From the NCBI GenBank assembly GCA_010015805.1, contig ML978126.1:2108001-2163113 (forward strand): 55,113 nucleotides of DNA, written 5' to 3'. The position numbers and the translations under genes are program-made. Below the pieces are notes generated by a model. That model saw only the letters and a program-made list of their open reading frames with translations. It searched no databases and was not told the origin of the DNA. Below, piece by piece: positions 48,718-55,113 of this stretch. Position 1 is the stretch's first letter; each line of letters starts with the position of its first letter. Origin of the DNA: Rhizodiscina lignyota (taxonomy: Eukaryota).

Positions 48718-49140
48718 TCATCATGGAGAGCGTTCGCAGTCCAACTGCTTTTCTTGTTCTCGGATTTAGCTGAGCGTGATGTTCGTGATGGTGCGAGAGT
48801 AGAAGAGAAACTACTCCTGAAGTGGCTGGGCTGGGCTGGTCTGGGTGGGATAATCTACGCTATACCACTTTAGGTTAGACTACCACTGACACTGTCGCGC
48901 CTTTGACACGCAGGGTCGCTGCTGAAAGGCCACGTTCAACGTTGCAGAAGAAAACTCCGCAGCACAGAAGCTAGGAAATGAGTATCTACTGTCTACTGAA
49001 CATGTCTTTGGGAATGCTTAATGTCACTCGAATACGCTACTCACGTATCTCTTCATAGCGATGGAGTTCTACACGGCAGACATGCGCGAAGTGATTGACA
49101 CAGAGAAGATCGTCATGCGCAATTCTGCATCCAAAGCACA

Positions 49141-49902
49141 TCAAGCCCTGAACGGGTCTTTCGATCTCCAATACTCAATCGCTCGTTGAATTACCTGCAA
49201 CGCCTCCACCTCATCGCCTTCAGCTTTATTCCGCCCTCCGCGCTTCAGCCTTTGCTCCTCACGAAACTTTTGCTTCTCGTAGAGTTTTCGGGACAACCTG
49301 CGATAGACATCCCTCTCTTGACCTTTGTTTGTGTCCGCCTTGCTGCGTTGGCTTCGTCGAAGTTCTTGGGGGGTACAGGTGGTCGTCTTGTTCTCTTTCC
49401 TGCCCACGTCGGACGATCGTCTCAACAGATGCAATGTCAGCTTCGTCCGCTTTACAGCAAGACTCCCATCACAGCTCGCCATGGAATCTCTGATTTTGAT
49501 CGCAGTATGCGCTTCGCTGTATTCGTCTTTCCTGCCTATCCACATCTGGTAGCTCCCTGTTTGTGCTTGGCCAACGCCTCGGCGCAGAATGCAAAATAGC
49601 TCAACGCCCGCAAACCGAAATGGATATACCCAGATCTGTGACTGCTTAGCTAAGTGAATCAAGCTCCGGCTGACTATCCATACCCATCTTGTCCTTCCGT
49701 CTCTTTTCCCACAAGGCACGCAGTGGATTTCGACACCCTCGTGCGGTATCCCTTCCTGAGAGCACCGCAAGCAATACACGACCTTGGAGTCTCGTCTGCT
49801 GGCCAAAACTGACTCCCTCAACTCTTCGTTCTGTAATACCGAGCGGAATGATGCCTTGTCCTTTACCGTTGCCTTGTGGTTATCCAGGACGCCAACATAC
49901 AC
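49141..49902 (-). CDS. Hypothetical basic protein with two CxxC motifs
   Basis: 253-codon ORF with CLRC and CVPC and an R/K/E-rich C-terminus. No family recognised. Confidence 0.4.
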   Translation of the reverse strand: MYVGVLDNHKATVKDKASFRSVLQNEELRESVLASRRDSKVVYCLRCSQEGIPHEGVEIHCVPCGKRDGRTRWVWIVSRSLIHLAKQSQIWVYPFRFAGVELFCILRRGVGQAQTGSYQMWIGRKDEYSEAHTAIKIRDSMASCDGSLAVKRTKLTLHLLRRSSDVGRKENKTTTCTPQELRRSQRSKADTNKGQERDVYRRLSRKLYEKQKFREEQRLKRGGRNKAEGDEVEALQVIQRAIEYWRSKDPFRA

Positions 49903-50662
49903 ATCACCTAGGAAACACGTCTCTGCATCGGGCCGAGGAGGACATGCAAACAGCCTCTATTCTTAAAACAGACACTGTGATAGTTGCTGGAATTGCGATG
50001 TTCAGGAAGCGATTGGGGAATCAAGGGGTCCTTCGTGAAGGAGTGAAGGCAGGGCCCGTCTATGCTTTACATTGCAACAGGGAGCAACCCGACAGCGGAG
50101 TCGAGGTGGCTTAATGAAATTTACAGTATTTTCAAGGATCAATAAACGGCATTCATTTCTATTTTGATCAGACTCCCGTAGCAGCGTAGGCTCACTGGAG
50201 TTGCAGGGCGCTCAATCTCAACGACCAGACCCCAAGGTCTCATGAATATCAGGTACCAGTTACGCGCATAATGCTTAAAGGTCTTTCAAAAGTGGCACGG
50301 GAAATGCTGATTCCAATTTTTGCAGCAATTCTTTACCCTCACCATTGGACAGTATGCGCCAAGAGACAACAATACTCTACGCTGGAGGAGTTGAATGACT
50401 ACGAAGCAACATACGACTTTCAGCCCCCCTAAATACCTCGGAATGATAATCCTAAAATCTTTGATATCGATCTGATTACAATCTCGAATTATTGCCTCCG
50501 TGTGTACAATATTTGACATCCGCTAATCTTCTCCTTTTCCACCCAACTGAGCAATCTGTCAAAGTCAGCTTTTATAGGAAAATACGTCCTGGCTCGAGGA
50601 GGCTTACAAGATTTGCAATTTCGCGAATATCTGTTTGGCCTTGGATGATCTCGCTAACACAC

Positions 50663-51478
50663 TTAATTTTCTGCTTCTCCGTCAGCGGGGTGCTTCACCT
50701 CGGGAATAGCAAATTGGTATACCTCAACATCCAAACGTACATGCCATGCTTTGCGCTCCTGCGACACTTCATTGCGCAATCTTATGAGCTCATGACAAGG
50801 CCGTTTCGACAGCTCATCCCGACTTATCGGTGGATCCGGTGACAAATTCCTGATTCTGATTTCAGCTTCCTCTTCATCAGAATCTCGTGGAAGACGGCGT
50901 TTCCTGTTGAAGCTTTCGCCTGGTTGAATAGGCGTCTGAGGCACCTGAAGTCTATTTAATGCGCTGTTCGATCGTACTTGTGAGGAGTTGCTTTCGGCCG
51001 AAGTTGTCATATCCACGAATACTTTGGGTGATTCTACCGCTCGCCTTTTTGTGCCGTGCTGAGGAGCCGCCGGCGTTGGCGGGGGTAGATGAATATCTGT
51101 TGCTATAATCGCACTCGCCGTACTGAATGGATCAGGCGGGGAAGATCGTAGGCCCCCTGCTTCTGACAGAACACTGTCTGTTGATGATTGGGTCTGCCTT
51201 GTTGGTGCAATAGAAGCTCTTACTCCGGCAGTATTCGCTGAACGCTCTTGCTCCGCACTCTCAGCTACTCTTGGGTGAGAACGTGGCCTCTGTTGGTCGG
51301 AAAAGTAGGAACTCGTAACGCCATCGTCGAATACGCTGTCGTGGCTAGCGCTAGGTTCCTCATTCGTTGGTCTCTTCGGCTTGGTAATTAATAGCTTTTC
51401 CTATTGTCTACTTATCCTTTGGCCACGAATTTGCCCTGAGACCTGATTCAAGCTGGAAGTGTACAAGGCAAGCTCATA
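50663..51478 (-). pseudogene. Truncated low-complexity (S/P/R-rich) gene at the edge of the RIP block
   Basis: The frame of ORF 50663-51016 stays open upstream to 51400, hits one TAG at 51403-51401, and continues to about 51478, where the sequence becomes AT-rich. Confidence 0.45.
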
Positions 51479-51479
51479 C

Positions 51480-54400
51480 GTGTATGTATGCAACTATACA
51501 ACTAGGACTTATTGGAATACACGTATATTCCAATTTTTTCGCTAATAATCTGATTACCTAAAAACTACGTATTCTAATTTTTTTTAGGACTATATTCTAA
51601 TTTAATAGCTATAGGAATTAATCTTTAAACTAAATTAAACTTAAGAATTATAAGCTATATTTTTAGATAAAGTAGAGTATAAAATACTAGGTATAATAAG
51701 TATAACTATTAAGTATAACTACTAAGTATAACTACTAAGTATAAGTACTAAGTATAAGTCTATTACTTAGATTTAAGTTAGGGCTTAGGTATATAGTAAG
51801 CTTAAATAGGGGGTAAAAAGAGTAGGATAGTAAGTAGTAAGTATAAGTAGTAGAAGGTAGGTCCTATTTACTAAATAGTTTATAGTATAGTAGTATAGTA
51901 AGTATAGTAAAGTTAAAGAGGTTACTAGTAAAAAGGGTAAAGTATAGAGGTAAATTATAATACCTATATAACTATAAGCTAAGAGTTAAGATAAGAGTAT
52001 AGCTTACTATATACATGTGTATAAGAGATAGTATATACTATATAATAATTAGAGAGAAGAGTAGAGGAGGGTATAAAGTAGCTATATATACTTTTATTCT
52101 TACTCTATTTAAGGCCTTATACTACTTAGTACTACTTTTACTACTTATAAAGTAGAAAAGTAAAAGGCTAGTACTAAATTATAACGTATACCTTATATAA
52201 TAAAACGAGTTCGACTTAAACCTATTTAGTACTCTATACAAATTTAGCGCTAGTAGTTTAAGTAGGGGGTTAGACCTAATTTAAGGTTTTAAGTTAAACC
52301 TAATTTGCGAGAAATTAGTAATATAGCGCGTATACGCGCTATTTAAGCGTATAAAAGTATATTTTTAGGCATGCTTAATCTATTAATATAGTTAGAACTA
52401 TTAAAGTCGTAGTATATTATCGTATTATTATAGGGGTTTAGTTTATAGTATAGGTTTTTCGATTTTTCGATTTTCGTAGTTACGTAGTTTTAAGCGCTAC
52501 TAAGCGCTATAGCCTATAGCCTATAGCCTATAGCCTATAGCCCGTAGTATATAGTATATTATAATAGTAAAATAGTAAGTAGTAGTAAGTAGTAAAGAGA
52601 TTTAAATAGGAGGAGAGGACTAAAAGGTTTAAATAGGCAAATAAGACGCGTATTTAACTTATTAAGATCTATCTACTTAATAGTTATCTAATTGTTAAGA
52701 AGAAAGAGGTAAGAAGAAAAGGGAAAAAAGATTAAAGATAGTAAGTTTTAGCGATTATTTTAAGTATTTACTATAGTATAAAGTAGTTATTTATAAGTAG
52801 TATAAGTATACTATTATTAAGGCTAGTATCTAGTCCTAATATATTAGGTTCTACGCCTTTACGCTATAGCTCTAATTCTTTAGGTAGTTATTAATAGGCG
52901 TATAAGCTGCCCTCTTATATAGCTTTATTTTACGACTATATACTATAGCTCTATTTCCTTTCCTTCTTAGTAGAGTTAATATAATATAGCGTAGTTATAT
53001 ATATAAGCGCGTATAGGCGTACGTAAGTATATATAAGTCTATAAGAGTTTTTTATAGTAAAGGCGGATAGTAGGGTATATAAGCGCGTATAGCTATAGAC
53101 TAACTAGTATATACTAACTACTATATACGTATATATATACATATATATATACTAACCGTTTATAGCTTAGATTTAGGTTAGGGCTTAAGCGCGTAGTAGG
53201 CCTAAATAGGGGGAAAAAAGAGTAGGATAGTAAGTAGTAGGTATAAGTAGTAGAAGGTAAGTCTTATTTACTAAATAGCTTATAGTATAGTAGTATAGTA
53301 AGTATAGTAAAGTTAAAGAGGTTACTAGTAAAAAGGGTAAAGTATAAGAGTATAGCTTACTATATATATATATATAAAAGAGATAGTATATACTATATAA
53401 TAATTAAAGAGAAGAGTAAGAAAGAGTATAGAGTAGCTATATATACCTTTAATTCTCGCTTTATTTAAGGCCTTACGCTACTTAGTACTACTTTTAGAGT
53501 AAAAGTCTAGTACTAAATTATAACGCCTATATAACTATAAGCTAAAGTTAAGAGTATAGCTTACTATACGCGTACATATAAGAGAGATAGTATATACTAT
53601 ATAATAATTAGAGAGAAGAGTAGGAGAGGGTATAGAGTAGCTATATATACCTTTTATTCTCGCTTTATCTAAGGCTTTATACTACTTAACGCTACTTTTA
53701 CTACTTATAGAGTAAAAGGGTAAAGAGCTAGCGCTAAATTATAATACCTATATAATAAGCGCTATAATAGAGTGTAAAGTCTTACTAGTATATATATATA
53801 GTATTAATAAAGCGGAAATAAAGGCGTAAGTAGCTACTTTACGCCTTTCTCTACCTTTTTCTCTAATTTTAATATAGTATTTCTTAGCCTTTTATTACTT
53901 ATTACTACTACTACTACTACTATAATACTACTACTATACTACTTATAGAGTAAGATAGTAAAAATAGGCGCTTTAATCTAATTTTAGATTATAATACCTA
54001 TATAATAAGTATAGTAGTAGTAGTAGTAGCTATCTACCTATCTCCTATTCTCTCTCTCTCCTCTTTAATTACTTATCTTTTACTATCTCTTTTATTATAC
54101 TATATACTATAAATAGATTGAAAGTTAGAGATACTATATATATAAAAGGTAGAAGAAGAGTAGGATAGCTATAAAAAGAGAGATAGTACTACTATTAGTA
54201 CTACTATTACTACTACTACTAGTACTAGTACTAGTAGTAGTACTACTAGCCTTAGGCCCTAAGAAAGGATAGCCCCTATTAATTAATACTACTAACTTAT
54301 ATACTTTTAGTTTATATAAGAGTATTATAAAGCGTATATAGTAGTACTAAGTACGCTAAAAGGAGAAAAGGGAGCTATAATAAGAGAAGAAGGTATAATA

Positions 54401-55113
54401 GCTATACTAGACTATAAAGTAGTTATAGTAGGCTAATACTATTACTAAGTACCTATTTAATAAATTAAACGCTATATATACGCTTAGTAGTATTACTAGC
54501 GTTAGCTAGTAGCTATAAGGCCTTAGCCTTAGCCTTAATATATAGGAGTAGTAGTAGTAAGATAGAAGAAAAGAGGTAGAGAAGGTAGAAGAGTATAGCT
54601 AGCTATATTAGTAATAGTAGCTATTACTATTATTATTATTACTATTATTATTAATAATAGTAGTAAAAGAAGAAGTAGTAGTAGTAGTAATAGTAGTAGT
54701 AATAATAGTAATAGTATAAATATACCTTTTTATTTACTTAAACCTACTATACTTAAAAATAGTAGTAGTATATAGGCCTATTAAAACTAAGACTAAGGCT
54801 AAAGCTAGGGAAAAGCTAAGGCTAAAGTTAAAGTTAAGGTTAAAGTTAAAGTTAAAGTTAAAATCCCTATTAATAGTAGGATAATATAGTATTTACTAGT
54901 TTTTCTAAACCCTTTTACCTACTATAGTATCTTTATCTACTATATTACTAGTACTACTACTAGTACTACTACTAGTACTACTATTAGTACTATTACTACT
55001 ACTAGCTATAAGTATAGCTATAAGTATAGCTACTAGTATCCTTTTTATACTATAAATCTCTCTTTTACCTAACCTACCTTTATATTAACTAAACCTTACT
55101 ATTCTAACTATAC
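51480..55113. repeat. AT-rich RIP-degenerated repeat / transposon relic block
   Basis: Abrupt drop in GC, pervasive TA, near absence of CA/TG beyond about 51550, no ORFs in the track, internal direct repeats differing mainly by transitions, and many microsatellites. Confidence 0.92.
51766..53745 (+). repeat. Imperfect direct repeats inside the RIP block
   Basis: Unit A (about 51766-51945, CTTAGATTTA..GGGTAAAGTAT) recurs at about 53166-53345. Unit B (about 51993-52185, AAGAGTATAGCTTAC..TAAATTATAA) recurs at about 53346-53525 and 53551-53745. Confidence 0.85.

Noticed and set aside
51480..55113. CRISPR-like or telomeric array in the AT-rich block
   Set aside because: There are no constant repeats with unique spacers and only isolated TTAGGG words. 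The periodicity comes from microsatellites ((CTATAGC)n at about 52507, (TAC)n, (GTTAAA)n at about 54825) and RIP.
1..55113. Starship or other giant mobile element carrying this gene set
   Set aside because: No DUF3435 tyrosine recombinase captain or element boundary is visible in the window; it cannot be excluded from outside context.

Overview
This is eukaryotic DNA from a filamentous ascomycete (Pezizomycotina). The evidence is short GT-AG introns with CTRAY branch sites, fungal-specific families (HET, Zn2Cys6, fungal BTB) and a RIP-mutated block. Bases 1-51.4 kb are GC-balanced and hold about 25 genes or relics: UBX protein, amidohydrolase/decarboxylase, GH25 lysozyme, GFA protein, HET relic, family III CoA-transferase, hydratase-less Fox2-like double SDR, thaumatin, intact HET protein, PQ-loop protein, HSL esterase, YVTN propeller, a P450-Zn2Cys6-MFS trio and a BTB protein. 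Bases 51.5-55.1 kb are an AT-rich, CpA/TpG-depleted repeat block. The most interesting locus is a head-to-head pair. One gene is an intact gasdermin-like gene (28370-29323, -) with a 60-aa acidic tail. The other is a ~1580-codon CHAT (caspase-like) protease + STAND NTPase + helical C-terminus gene (29741-34491, +) broken by one frameshift and two in-frame TAGs. Together they look like a candidate NLR-protease/gasdermin cell-death module whose activator is apparently disabled. Seven isolated in-frame stops across five genes are all TAG or TAA, consistent with RIP-type CAR>TAR leakage. All family calls come from motif recognition by eye; no database search was run.
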